Below are positions 55,097 through 64,000 of a stretch of 64,000 nucleotides of DNA, one piece after another; positions within the stretch are counted from its first letter, which is position 1, and every line of letters begins with the position of its first letter. Made by a program: the position numbers and the translations under genes. Under the pieces are notes generated by a model. That model saw only the letters and a list, made by a program, of their open reading frames with translations, had not been told where the DNA came from and did no database searches. The DNA is from an uncultured bacterium (GTDB taxonomy: Bacteria > Verrucomicrobiota > Lentisphaeria > Victivallales > Victivallaceae), in contig URVC01000001.1 of NCBI GenBank assembly GCA_900551245.1, forward strand, positions 13,990 to 77,989, read 5' to 3'.

Positions 55097-56058
55097 GAGC
55101 GCTCGTTCGCAAATTTCAGCCGGTGTTCCGGAGGCCGGGCGGTGATCTTGGTTCCGGCAGGCAGGCTCTCGGTCAGCCAGACGTTACCACCGATCACCGA
55201 ATTGTCGCCGATCGTGATATCGCCGAGCACCGAAGCATTTGAATAGATGGTGACATTGCTGCCGATGGTCGGATGGCGCTTGTTCCCCTTGATCAGCATG
55301 CCGCAGGCATCTTTTGGGAAGTTTCCGGCCCCGAGCGTGACCCCCTGGTAAATCCGCACATTGTCGCCGAGTATGGCGGTTTCGCCGATCACCACGCCGG
55401 TACCGTGATCGATGAAGATCCCCTTCCCCAGTTTCGCTCCGGGGTGGATGTCGATGCCGGTCAGGCTGTGGGCGTATTCGGTCATCATCCGCGGAATCAG
55501 CGGCGTCTCCACCGAGTAGAGCACATGGGCCAGCCGCTGAATGGTGATCGCCTTGATTCCGGGATAGCTCAGAATGATCTCGTCGTAGGAAACCGCCGCC
55601 GGGTCGCCGGCATAGGCGGCCGCCACATCGATTTTCATCGTCTCGCGAATCTCCGGCAGGGCATCGAGCAATGCGAATACCGCCCGGTTGGTCCGCCGGG
55701 AGACACCGAATTCACAGCACGCCTCCTCCTTGTAATGGTAGTGAATCGCCCGGCAGATCTGGTCGAAAAGTTCCGAATAGATCTCCCGCAGCAACAGCGC
55801 GACATCTTCGCCGATGCGGGCCCGATGATACTGACTGCGCCCGTCGAAGCCGGGGAAGATCACCTCCAGCAGTTTCCCGGTGATCGCCACCACCTCCGCT
55901 CGGCGCGGCAGATTCTCCCCGTCGACCGGATTGACGCCCACCCCATCCCGGTAGGTTTCGCCGATCCGGCTCTCAAGTTCCGAAAGATGTCTGGAAAGCT
56001 CCTCCGCCGAAGGAGCGGATTTGCTGCAGCACTCCTGTTTTTCCTGATTGGAATTCAA
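55093..56058 (-). CDS. cysE: serine O-acetyltransferase (long form)
   Basis: Left-handed beta-helix hexapeptide repeats 'GIDIHPGAKLGKGIFIDHGTGVVIGETAILGDNVRIYQGVTLG'. Confidence 0.85.
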   Translation of the reverse strand: MNSNQEKQECCSKSAPSAEELSRHLSELESRIGETYRDGVGVNPVDGENLPRRAEVVAITGKLLEVIFPGFDGRSQYHRARIGEDVALLLREIYSELFDQICRAIHYHYKEEACCEFGVSRRTNRAVFALLDALPEIRETMKIDVAAAYAGDPAAVSYDEIILSYPGIKAITIQRLAHVLYSVETPLIPRMMTEYAHSLTGIDIHPGAKLGKGIFIDHGTGVVIGETAILGDNVRIYQGVTLGAGNFPKDACGMLIKGNKRHPTIGSNVTIYSNASVLGDITIGDNSVIGGNVWLTESLPAGTKITARPPEHRLKFANERS

Positions 56059-56063
56059 TTTAT

Positions 56064-56945
56064 CTACTCCACATTCTGGATTTGTTCCCGCAACTTCTCC
56101 AATTCACACTTAAACGCGACCACCAGCGGCGAAACCGTCGGAATTCCGGCCTTGTTCCCCAACGTGGTGATCTCGCGAAACAGCTCCTGCATCAGAAAAT
56201 CGAGGCTTCTCCCGACCGGCTTCGTCTCATCCAGAAACCGCCGGAACTGCGCAAAATGGCTCCGCAACCGGGTGATCTCCTCGGTCACATCGGACTTGTC
56301 CGCATAGAAAAGCACCTCTTTCAGCAGGCGGTCATCGTCGGCACCGGTCGGAATCTTCTCCGCCGCCAGCTTCTCCAGCAACCGCTCCCGGATGGAAGCG
56401 GCAAGCCCGGAGACCTGCGGTTCAATTTCGCCGAGAAGTTTTTCCAGAACGGCGAGACGCCCGGCAAAATCCCGCCGCAACGCCTCGCCTTCCACCGTGC
56501 GCATCTCCTGGAATTTCTCCAAAGCGCCACGGAGAGCCGTCTCCAGTGCCTCCACGGCGGCCGGCTGATTTTCCGGTGAAAACGGCGTCGCACCGAGTAC
56601 GCCCGGTACGCTCATCAGCGTTTCAACCGCGACCTCATCCTGCAGGCCGAACTCCCGGCGCATCTCCTGACATTCCCGAATCAGACTGCGGAGCAACTCC
56701 CGGTTGACCGCCCCCTGCCCGGCCGCGCCGGTCGAGTTGACCGAAACCCGCAACTGCACCGCACCGCGGCTGATGTACTCCTGCACCATCTTCCGCGCCG
56801 GAATCTCCTGCGACACCAGCTCCGGAGGGAACGCGGTGCGCACCTCCAGCTGCTTGCGATTGACGGAACTGACTTCAACCACCAGATGCTGCCCCTCGAC
56901 AAAGGAAGCCTCACCTTTGCCGAATCCGGTCATACTGCGCAACAT
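56064..56945 (-). CDS. yicC: YicC family stress-induced protein
   Basis: 'MLRSMTGFG' N-terminus. The family C-terminal motif is 'EEITRL'. Confidence 0.8.
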   Translation of the reverse strand: MLRSMTGFGKGEASFVEGQHLVVEVSSVNRKQLEVRTAFPPELVSQEIPARKMVQEYISRGAVQLRVSVNSTGAAGQGAVNRELLRSLIRECQEMRREFGLQDEVAVETLMSVPGVLGATPFSPENQPAAVEALETALRGALEKFQEMRTVEGEALRRDFAGRLAVLEKLLGEIEPQVSGLAASIRERLLEKLAAEKIPTGADDDRLLKEVLFYADKSDVTEEITRLRSHFAQFRRFLDETKPVGRSLDFLMQELFREITTLGNKAGIPTVSPLVVAFKCELEKLREQIQNVE

Positions 56946-57889
56946 CAGCGAGCCTCCTCCTCTTCAGAATCCGTTTCACCGAACGAAGCTCCGGCGGCGG
57001 CCGGGTCCTTGTCCTTCTCCGCCTTCTCCGACTCCACAGGATGATCGGAATTTTCCGGAGCATGCTCTTCCATCATCGGCTCCTCCTCAGGAGGCAACGG
57101 CGGCTCCACCGGGGTGAAATCGGCAAAGGAATCCTTCGGCGTCTTCAACAGCTCAACCGTATGCGCCTCCACCTCCGCATCCGGCATACGGCCGGCGAAA
57201 TTGATCTTCCATCCGGCCAGATTGGGACCGGCCGTTCCGCAGAAGACCATCGATTCCCCGGAGGCGGGATCCATCTTCCAGACCAGAGAAAACTGGCAGG
57301 AAGAAGCCAGTTTCCGCGCCTCTTTTTCATACTCTTCCGGAGTCAGCGTCATCTCCGGATTGATTGCAAGATCGAAATTCGTGAGCCGCAGGTAAGGCAG
57401 CGTGAAGCGGACCGAATTGAACTCCTCCGTATTCATCCGGGAGTACAATGCATTCTGCGCGTAGGTCCGGGCGGTACTCACCGCGCTCTCCAGCGGGCGG
57501 TTCGGAAGTGTGAACACCCGGTGGATCAACCGGTTCGGATACCAGGTGTCCATTCGCCCGGAGGAGACGCCGAACACCATGTAATAGCGGTCCCGGCCGG
57601 GGATTGCCCAGGTCACGCAGATCTGCTGCTGACGGCTCTCCATCGCCCCTTCCAGAGAGAGCCCCCCCTTCCCGAGGACATCCGCAGTCAGGAAAAAGGG
57701 ATTGTTGTATTTGACGAAATAGATCTGATCCGCCGTCAGTTCGGGCGAATGTTTCAAGAGATAGGCGCGGGCGCGCCGCACTGCAAGATCCTGATAGTAC
57801 TGGTCGGAACGGCATCCGGCAGAAAAAATTGCCAGAAACGCAAATGCCGCCCAAAGCAGCAGGCGGCCACCGATTCTTTTCGTATCCAT
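56945..57889 (-). CDS. hypothetical lipoprotein with acidic low-complexity C-terminus
   Basis: Signal peptide plus lipobox 'FSAGC'. The C-terminal tail is 'EEEPMMEEHAPENSD...DSEEEEAR'. Confidence 0.55.
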   Translation of the reverse strand: MDTKRIGGRLLLWAAFAFLAIFSAGCRSDQYYQDLAVRRARAYLLKHSPELTADQIYFVKYNNPFFLTADVLGKGGLSLEGAMESRQQQICVTWAIPGRDRYYMVFGVSSGRMDTWYPNRLIHRVFTLPNRPLESAVSTARTYAQNALYSRMNTEEFNSVRFTLPYLRLTNFDLAINPEMTLTPEEYEKEARKLASSCQFSLVWKMDPASGESMVFCGTAGPNLAGWKINFAGRMPDAEVEAHTVELLKTPKDSFADFTPVEPPLPPEEEPMMEEHAPENSDHPVESEKAEKDKDPAAAGASFGETDSEEEEAR

Positions 57890-58044
57890 GAAATTTTTGA
57901 TTCCCCTGCATCGTAACTATTGCACGGTTTAACTATACCGCCATTTTCCGCCTGCGTCAATCCGCAAACGTCACTTTTCCCGAATATGACGTTGAAAAAC
58001 GCGGAATTTGCTTTAATTTATGAAAAAACAGGAGAAGTATCGTT

Positions 58045-59070
58045 ATGAGGCTGGCTTTTTTCGGCGGGAGTTTTGATCCGCCGCACCTCGGCCATCTGGG
58101 AGTCGCGCTGGCCGCGGCGGCCTCCGGAAAAACCGACCGGGTTCTCTTCGCCCCCGCCTTTCTGCCGCCGCACAAAACCGGCAGGCGACGTGCCCCTTTC
58201 GCCGACCGTCTCGCGATGGTAAAGCTGCTGATCGACGGCCATGAAAAACTGGAAGCGTGCGATATTGAAGGACGGCTCCGGCTGGTGCCCTCCTATACGA
58301 TCGACGTGCTTGCCCGCCTTGCGCAGGAACGGCCCGCCGACCGTCTGCAGCTGCTGATCGGCGGCGACAGCCTGATGAGCCTCCACGAATGGAGATGCGC
58401 CGAAGAGCTGGTGAACTCCTATGAAATACTGACCTATCCGCGTCCGGGCATCCCCCTGGATGCGGAACAGCTGGCCCGCTTCTGGTCGAAAGAAAATGCA
58501 GAAAAACTAACTGCCGGCATCATTCCGGGCAGTTTTTTTGAAATATCTTCGACGAATATCAGAAAATCAATGGCAAAAAAAACAAATATGGAACATATTA
58601 ATAACGCGGAGCCGGAAGCGGTCGAGGAGTATATCCGGCGCCATCACCTGTACCAGGAGGAGAAAGGAGAAAGGAGAAAAGACGTTATGACCGATGCAAA
58701 AAAACCGGCCCCCGCCGAACTTGCGGAACTCTGCGGAAAACTTGCCGAGGAGAAGCTGGCCGAAAATGTTTTGAAAATTCATGTCGGACCGCAATCGTCG
58801 GTCGCCGACTGGTTCGTGATCGCCACGGCGAATTCGGAGCCGCAGCTCCGGGCGCTGGCCAGCTTCATCGAACGCCAGTTGCGCGATCTCTGCAAAATCC
58901 GCCCCCTTTCCGAGAACGGGGAGACGACCAGCGGCTGGATTCTGCTCGATTTCGGCACGGTGATCGTTCATCTGATGCTTCCGGAGGTGCGCGACCGTTA
59001 CAATCTGGAAGGGCTCTGGGGAGAGGTTCCCAGCCGGGAGGCGCTCCGCACTCTGGCGGAAAAACATTGA
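58045..59070 (+). CDS. nadD: in-frame fusion of nicotinate-nucleotide adenylyltransferase (NadD) and ribosome silencing factor RsfS
   Basis: The N-terminus 'FFGGSFDPPHLGHL' is NadD. The C-terminus 'VIATANSEPQLRALASFIERQL...GWILLDFGTVIVHLM' is RsfS/Iojap. There is no stop between them. An internal (GAGAAAG)3 SD-like repeat plus ATG sits at 58687. Confidence 0.7.
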   Translation: MRLAFFGGSFDPPHLGHLGVALAAAASGKTDRVLFAPAFLPPHKTGRRRAPFADRLAMVKLLIDGHEKLEACDIEGRLRLVPSYTIDVLARLAQERPADRLQLLIGGDSLMSLHEWRCAEELVNSYEILTYPRPGIPLDAEQLARFWSKENAEKLTAGIIPGSFFEISSTNIRKSMAKKTNMEHINNAEPEAVEEYIRRHHLYQEEKGERRKDVMTDAKKPAPAELAELCGKLAEEKLAENVLKIHVGPQSSVADWFVIATANSEPQLRALASFIERQLRDLCKIRPLSENGETTSGWILLDFGTVIVHLMLPEVRDRYNLEGLWGEVPSREALRTLAEKH

Positions 59071-59084
59071 AGAAATCAGGGACC

Positions 59085-59714
59085 ATGGCTGAACTCTATC
59101 GACCTCAAGACAACTGGAATGAATTCCAATGGGAGCAGGAAATCCGCCGCGACGAGCGCCGGATCAGCTGCTACTACCGGGAATTGCCTGCCTGTCTTGA
59201 CCTCCCCGGCGAGGAAGAGATGATTTTCAGCTCGCTGCTCTCGCGGCCCGATCTGGTCCCCGCCGCGAAAAATCCGGATTCTCTGCGTTCCTGGCACGGC
59301 TCACCGGAGGAGGACGACGAAGAATTTGACGACGAAGAGTCCGCCCGCCGCCCCGGCAGCGAGGTGGTTGACCAGCTCGATCACCTCACTGCGGAATGGA
59401 ACATGCTCGCGGCTGCCCAGCTGCGGGCCGATCTGGAGCTGCCCGGCCTTGGCATCAGTTGCGCCTATGCCAAACTGCTGGCACGGGTCGCCGATTTTGT
59501 CGATACCGATGAACAGCATGACCGGGCGCTGAAACTCAGCCTCGGCAAACGTTCCCTCGCCGATCTCAACGACCTCACTGGAGAGCTTTACCGGCTCGCC
59601 GGAATTCAACGTTCACTCAAAGAGGCTCTGCTTCTTCACGTGGAACTGCTCGGGCATGTCCGCGAACAGTTGATCGATCATCTCACCCGTCTGCGCACAC
59701 AGGCCTCCCGGTAA
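59085..59714 (+). CDS. hypothetical protein with acidic cluster
   Basis: An ORF follows rsfS and contains 'EEDDEEFDDEES'. There are no recognisable motifs. The ORF-track TTG start is at 59067. Confidence 0.45.
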   Translation: MAELYRPQDNWNEFQWEQEIRRDERRISCYYRELPACLDLPGEEEMIFSSLLSRPDLVPAAKNPDSLRSWHGSPEEDDEEFDDEESARRPGSEVVDQLDHLTAEWNMLAAAQLRADLELPGLGISCAYAKLLARVADFVDTDEQHDRALKLSLGKRSLADLNDLTGELYRLAGIQRSLKEALLLHVELLGHVREQLIDHLTRLRTQASR

Positions 59715-59727
59715 AAGATTTTCTCGA

Positions 59728-59773
59728 GGGGGAAACCACCCAGAACGTCATTTCCCCGGGGAATCTTGTTTTT
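59728..59773 (+). terminator. candidate terminator hairpin (GGGGAAA...TTTCCCC) plus T-rich tail
   Basis: 7-bp arms with a 15-nt loop, followed by CTTGTTTTT. Confidence 0.3.
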
Positions 59774-59929
59774 GCGTCTCGCCCTCTCAACCGGGAAAAC
59801 CGTCCTTCTGAAACAGGAAAGCGAGGCAAATCTGGAATACCCCAGACGAATGAAAATCTATCCGCCCCCGAAACCTCGAACCGGAAAGAGTACTGCGTAC
59901 GGAAAAGGCCGCTGAAAAGGCAAAAAAAA

Positions 59930-60005
59930 TGGAGCGAGTGACCGGATTCGAACCGGCGACAATCACGTTGGCAACGTGATGCTCTACCAACTGAGCTACA
60001 CTCGC
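59930..60005 (-). tRNA. tRNA-Gly (anticodon GCC)
   Basis: The reverse complement GCGAGTGTAGCTCAGTTGGTAGAGCATCACGTTGCCAACGTGATTGTCGCCGGTTCGAATCCGGTCACTCGCTCCA folds as a cloverleaf. It has a 7-bp acceptor stem, a GCTC/GAGC D-stem, the anticodon loop TTGCCAA, a TTCGAAT T-loop and an encoded CCA. Confidence 0.9.
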
Positions 60006-60146
60006 ATTTTCCCGTGCTATGTCATATAATATATTCTGATTTTCTCCTCTTTGCAAGCTCAAAATCGTATTTTTTTCCAAAAAAAACGCAGCCGCCGGAC
60101 CGGCAGCTGCGGAGAGAAATGCGCAATCTCTTGAGCATCCGTTTCT

Positions 60147-61505
60147 TCACTCGTAACGGAGCGCTTCAATCGGGTCCAGCTGCGACGCCTTCCAGGCCGG
60201 GTAAAACCCGAAAATCACTCCGACCGCCGCCGAAACCAGCACCGCGGCGACCACTGCCCCGGGGCTGGACTGAATCGGCCAGTTGAGGTATTTCTCCACC
60301 AGAAGCGCGGAACCATGCCCCAGAAGAATTCCGACAATGCCGCCCACCAGACAGAGCACCATCGATTCGATCAGGAATTGTTGAAGAATATCCTGCGAAC
60401 GTGCCCCAACCGCCATGCGAAGCCCGATCTCCCGGGTCCGTTCCGTCACGGAAACCAGCATGATGTTCATGATCCCCACCCCGCCGACCACCAGCGAAAT
60501 CAACGCCACGCCGAGCAGCAGATTGGTCATCACCGTCGAAGTGCTCGACAGCATCTTCATGAATTCCGCCGAGTTGCGGATTCGAAAGTCGTTGGGCTGA
60601 TCCGGCTTGAGCCGGTGACGTTCGCGCAGCAGCGCTGTGACCTCCTCCTCCACATCACCGACCCGGTCCGGAGAAACCGCGGTCAGCAGGATCATATCCA
60701 CCTGGATGAACTTCGGCACCAGAAGCGTGTCAGTCTCCGCATTCTCCGTCGGTTCCGGGTAAAAGGCGATTCCTTCCGCCGGATAGAGGTCGGAGGGACT
60801 GGTGGCCGCCGTGCTGGTCGTATCAGTCGCGGTTCCAGTCTTCAGACCGGTCAACCGCAACCGGACCGTCGTCCACGGGGCGATAATCACATCGTCCTCG
60901 TCGGCGCCCATCATATTTGCGCCCTTGCTCTTGAGCACGCCGATCACCTTGAATGCGGTATCCTTGAGCCGCACCTCGCTGTCGATCGGAGAACGGCCGC
61001 CGAACACTTCGCGCACGATCGTCGAACCGACCAGACAGACCCGGGCCCGGGATTCCACCTCACGCTCCGTGAAGTTGCGCCCCTCCCCGATCTCCCAGTT
61101 GCGGATAATCAGAAAGTCAGGCGCGCTCCCAACGATCTGCCGGGGAGCGTAGTTGACGTTGCCGGAAATCGCCTGATACCCCTGCGCATTCACCATCGGC
61201 ACGGCGCGGCCGACGGAGGAACACTCCCGGAGGATCGCTTCACAGTCCTGCGGCGTCAACGTCATCCGGCTCCCGGAACCCTGACTTACGCCGCCGCGCC
61301 GGGAAGCCCCGGGAATGACCAGAATGGTGTTCGCCCCCATCTTCTCAATGGAAGCCTTGATCGAATGGGAGGAGCCGTTGCCGATCTCCATCATCGTGAT
61401 GACAGCGGCGATGCCGATGACGATGCCGAGCGTCGTGAGCAGCGCCCGGGTGGGATTGCGCATCAATGCCTTGAGTGCGACACTGACGGTACTGCTTAGT
61501 TTCAT
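60147..61505 (-). CDS. ABC transporter permease, MacB/FtsX-type (large periplasmic domain between TM1 and TM2)
   Basis: 'ALLTTLGIVIGIAAVI' is TM1. The C-terminal FtsX 4-TM bundle is present. The stop overlaps the ATPase start (ATGA). Confidence 0.8.
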   Translation of the reverse strand: MKLSSTVSVALKALMRNPTRALLTTLGIVIGIAAVITMMEIGNGSSHSIKASIEKMGANTILVIPGASRRGGVSQGSGSRMTLTPQDCEAILRECSSVGRAVPMVNAQGYQAISGNVNYAPRQIVGSAPDFLIIRNWEIGEGRNFTEREVESRARVCLVGSTIVREVFGGRSPIDSEVRLKDTAFKVIGVLKSKGANMMGADEDDVIIAPWTTVRLRLTGLKTGTATDTTSTAATSPSDLYPAEGIAFYPEPTENAETDTLLVPKFIQVDMILLTAVSPDRVGDVEEEVTALLRERHRLKPDQPNDFRIRNSAEFMKMLSSTSTVMTNLLLGVALISLVVGGVGIMNIMLVSVTERTREIGLRMAVGARSQDILQQFLIESMVLCLVGGIVGILLGHGSALLVEKYLNWPIQSSPGAVVAAVLVSAAVGVIFGFYPAWKASQLDPIEALRYE

Positions 61506-62206
61506 GACTGCACCGCCTTTCCTTCGTAGGTGCCGCGGACAATCTGCCCGTCCTGCACATGAATCGACCGTTTGGCGAAACCGGCAATCTCCACAGAGTG
61601 GGTGACCAGAATGACGGTGATGCCTTCGTCGTTGAGTTCACTGAACATCCGCATCACCTCCTCGCTGGTGCGCGAATCCAGATTGCCGGTCGGCTCGTCG
61701 GCGAACAGCACCGGCGGGTGGTTGATCAGCGCGCGGGCAATCGCCACCCGCTGCTGCTGGCCGCCCGACAGCTGCGAGGGATAGTGATAGATTCGATCGG
61801 CAAGGCCGACCCGTTCGAGCATCTCGATCCCCCGTTTCCGGCATTCCCGGCGCGAGAGGCCGCCGGCGGTATAGGCCAGCGGCATGATGACGTTCTCCAG
61901 TGCCGTCGTGCGCGGCAGCAGATTGAAGCTCTGGAAAACGAACCCGATCTTGCGGTTTCGGACCTGCGCCCGGCGGTCGCCGGAGGCGCGCCCGACCTCC
62001 TCTCCTTCGAGCAGATAGTCGCCGGAGGTCTGACGGTCCAGGCAGCCGAGAATGTTCATCAGCGTGCTTTTTCCGGAACCGGACGCCCCCATCAACGCGA
62101 CATACTCCCCCTGGTCGATCGACAGTGTGATTCCCTTGAGAACGGGCACGTCGATCTCCCCGAGAAAATAGGTCTTGGTAATATCTTTGAGTTCAATCAA
62201 TTTCAT
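61502..62206 (-). CDS. ABC transporter ATP-binding protein (MacB/LolD-type)
   Basis: Walker A 'GASGSGKST', signature 'LSGGQQQRVAIARAL' and Walker B 'LFADEPTGNLD'. Confidence 0.9.
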   Translation of the reverse strand: MKLIELKDITKTYFLGEIDVPVLKGITLSIDQGEYVALMGASGSGKSTLMNILGCLDRQTSGDYLLEGEEVGRASGDRRAQVRNRKIGFVFQSFNLLPRTTALENVIMPLAYTAGGLSRRECRKRGIEMLERVGLADRIYHYPSQLSGGQQQRVAIARALINHPPVLFADEPTGNLDSRTSEEVMRMFSELNDEGITVILVTHSVEIAGFAKRSIHVQDGQIVRGTYEGKAVQS

Positions 62207-63513
62207 TTGCGATTTCTCCGCTGCGGCGGTTTCGGCAGGAAGGGGCTGCCGCCGGGACTGGAGGCGGCCTGCTCCGCCGAGATGACGGAGGTGCCGGTCA
62301 CAATCTGCATGCCCTCTTCCAGACCGTCGCCGGAAATTTCCGTAACAATTCCGTCGTTGAGGCCGGTTTTGACCCGGAGCGGCCGCAGGGTCCCCTCCTC
62401 CAGCACCCAGATGATCCGTTCCTTTTTGCCGCGCAGTTCTGCGGCGGCGGCGAGCTCTTCGCGGTACTGCTCCGGAACCTGACCGACCTCCGGCAGATAG
62501 CGCAGTGCAGCATTCGGAATGGTGAGCACGTTGGAACGGCTGTCGCGGATGAATTTCACATTGGCGGTAAGGTAGGGCAGCAGAACCCCGTTGGAGTTAT
62601 CCGTCGCAACTTCAACCACGTAGGTAACGACGTTCTGCGACATGGTCGCATTGAGGCGGATTTTGAACACCTCCCCCTTGAACACCCGGTTCGGGAAAGC
62701 GTCCACCGTGAACTCCACCGGCATGCCCGGCTTGATGCTGCCGATATCCGCCTCGTTGACCGAAACCCAGACCTGCATCCGCTTCAGGTCTTTGGCAATC
62801 AAAAAGATGCTCGACGCACTCATGTTGGAGACCACCGTCTGCCCGATGCTGACCCGGCGGTCGATGATGACCCCGTCGACCGGGGAGCTGATCACGCAGT
62901 AACCGAGGTTGCGCGACGCCTTGTCCAGCGACGCTTCGGCGGTGGCGAGCTGCGCCTCCGCCTGCGCCAGGGAGGCTTCGGCCACCAGTTTGGATGCGGT
63001 CGCGGCGAGGAATTCCGCTTCCGCGTCGTCGTATTCACTCTTCGCCATCGCCTGTTTGGGATAGAGATCCTGCGCGCGTTCCCAGTTGTTCTTCGCCAGC
63101 GCGAGCTTTGCTTCCGCCTGTTTGATGCTGGCTTTCGCGCTCAGAATCGACGCCTGCGCCTCCTGTTCCGCCGCCTGTGCGGAACGGACCTCCGCCGCAT
63201 AGAGGACATCATCGATGTTGGCCAGCACCATTCCCTGTTTGACCGGTGAGCCGTAATCGACGCTCTTGCCGTTCGCATCGATGCCGAAGGTGACGATTTT
63301 CCCGTTGACCTGAGCGCCGACGTTGACCAGCTCCTCCGGTTCGACGGTGCCGGTCGCACTGATGGTGCTGGCGACGTCGGCACGCGCTACACTTTCGGTA
63401 TTATATTGAATGATATCGTTCTTCTGCAGCCAGGTGCGATATGCCCACACTCCGCCGGCGGCAAGCGCCGCAAGGACGATCAGAACCAACAACAGTTTCA
63501 AAAATTTTTTCAT
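62203..63513 (-). CDS. efflux periplasmic adaptor subunit (MacA/HlyD membrane-fusion protein family)
   Basis: A long coiled-coil ('AEVRSAQAAEQEAQASILSAKASIKQAEAKLALAKNNWER') plus beta-barrel/lipoyl regions. The start is set at MKKFLKLL (GGAGG RBS). Confidence 0.8.
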   Translation of the reverse strand: MKKFLKLLLVLIVLAALAAGGVWAYRTWLQKNDIIQYNTESVARADVASTISATGTVEPEELVNVGAQVNGKIVTFGIDANGKSVDYGSPVKQGMVLANIDDVLYAAEVRSAQAAEQEAQASILSAKASIKQAEAKLALAKNNWERAQDLYPKQAMAKSEYDDAEAEFLAATASKLVAEASLAQAEAQLATAEASLDKASRNLGYCVISSPVDGVIIDRRVSIGQTVVSNMSASSIFLIAKDLKRMQVWVSVNEADIGSIKPGMPVEFTVDAFPNRVFKGEVFKIRLNATMSQNVVTYVVEVATDNSNGVLLPYLTANVKFIRDSRSNVLTIPNAALRYLPEVGQVPEQYREELAAAAELRGKKERIIWVLEEGTLRPLRVKTGLNDGIVTEISGDGLEEGMQIVTGTSVISAEQAASSPGGSPFLPKPPQRRNRK

Positions 63514-63568
63514 CCGCCTTAACCTCCGTTTTCCCTGACTGGACGATATTCTTTTCAAGAAACGTTCC

Positions 63569-63588
63569 GGACAATCCGTTTATTGTCC
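63569..63588. promoter_or_regulatory. perfect 7-6-7 inverted repeat GGACAAT-ccgttt-ATTGTCC in divergent intergenic region (candidate operator)
   Basis: It lies between the efflux operon (-) and the SDR gene (+). A palindrome in a divergent promoter region suggests a dimeric repressor site. Confidence 0.25.
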
Positions 63589-63662
63589 ATCCCCCGTTGA
63601 TTTCAACGAAAATAATGCTAAATTATTCGATATTTTCACAACCCGCCAAGGAGTCATTTTCC

Positions 63663-64000
63663 ATGAAACTGAAACAGAAATGCGCCGTCATCACCGGCGG
63701 CGCCAACGGAATCGGCCGCGCCGTCGCAGAACTCTTCGTCGCAGAAGGCGCCCGCATCGCAATTCTGGACTGCGACCGCAGGAACGGCGAAGCAGCCGCA
63801 GCCGCGCTGAACGGCAGAGCGCTGTTCCTCCCCTGTGACGTCTCCGACAGCCGCCAGGCTGACGAAGCGCTTCAAACCGCAGTCAGCCATCTCGGCACCA
63901 TCGACATTCTGATCAATGACGCCGCCAGTCAACTCAACAAGCCACTGCTGGAAACCTCCGACGAAGAGTTCCGCAAGGTGCTGGACATCAATCTTACCGC
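63663..64000 (+). CDS. short-chain dehydrogenase/reductase (3'-partial at window edge)
   Basis: 'CAVITGGANGIGRAVAELFVAEGARIAILD' is an SDR Rossmann motif, with an AAGGAG RBS upstream. The gene runs off the window. Confidence 0.75.
   Translation, partial: MKLKQKCAVITGGANGIGRAVAELFVAEGARIAILDCDRRNGEAAAAALNGRALFLPCDVSDSRQADEALQTAVSHLGTIDILINDAASQLNKPLLETSDEEFRKVLDINLT

Noticed and set aside
1-64000. CRISPR arrays, transposases, integrases, phage genes and toxin-antitoxin pairs
   Set aside because: No regularly spaced direct repeats, no DDE/tyrosine-recombinase-like ORFs and no small paired ORFs were seen. The only internal repeat is the intragenic domain duplication at 37450..38707.

Overview
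This is a 64-kb high-GC chromosomal segment, most likely from a PVC-superphylum bacterium (Lentisphaerae/Verrucomicrobia-like). That placement is inferred from a DUF1559-type prepilin-like protein ([16 protein letters not shown]...LLPALN) and from pervasive Arg-rich shadow ORFs typical of GC-rich DNA. Gene content is dense and mostly core: ppk-ppx, aroE-prepilin peptidase, folE-dtd-dxr-(GT-C)-rseP-ispG, pfk, polyprenyl synthase, tandem hsp20, feoB with a DtxR-like regulator, crcB, rarA, gltS, panE-yggS-cysE-yicC, nadD-rsfS and tRNA-Gly. Interleaved are carbohydrate-active and accessory genes: an esterase/CE4-deacetylase fusion, GT2 plus an MsbA-like ABC exporter, AraR-like and AraC regulators, a large secreted GH-like protein, two-domain esterases, rhaA plus a bifunctional rhamnulose-1-P aldolase/SDR, a GH38 alpha-mannosidase, large polytopic membrane proteins and a split MacAB-type efflux operon. 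I saw no CRISPR array, transposase, integrase or phage genes. The most interesting observations are domain- or operon-level rather than a clear-cut novel system. They are a 1-nt frameshift splitting an NAD-dependent epimerase that is translationally coupled to the secreted GH-like gene; an SGNH sialate-O-acetylesterase-like protein carrying a tandemly duplicated ~190-aa C-terminal domain of unknown function; an in-frame nadD-rsfS fusion with an internal (GAGAAAG)3 Shine-Dalgarno repeat plus ATG; a near-consensus sigma-54 promoter before tandem hsp20 genes; a secreted protein whose C-terminus mimics a prepilin N-terminal helix; and two convergent, 3'-overlapping polytopic membrane proteins beside GH38.
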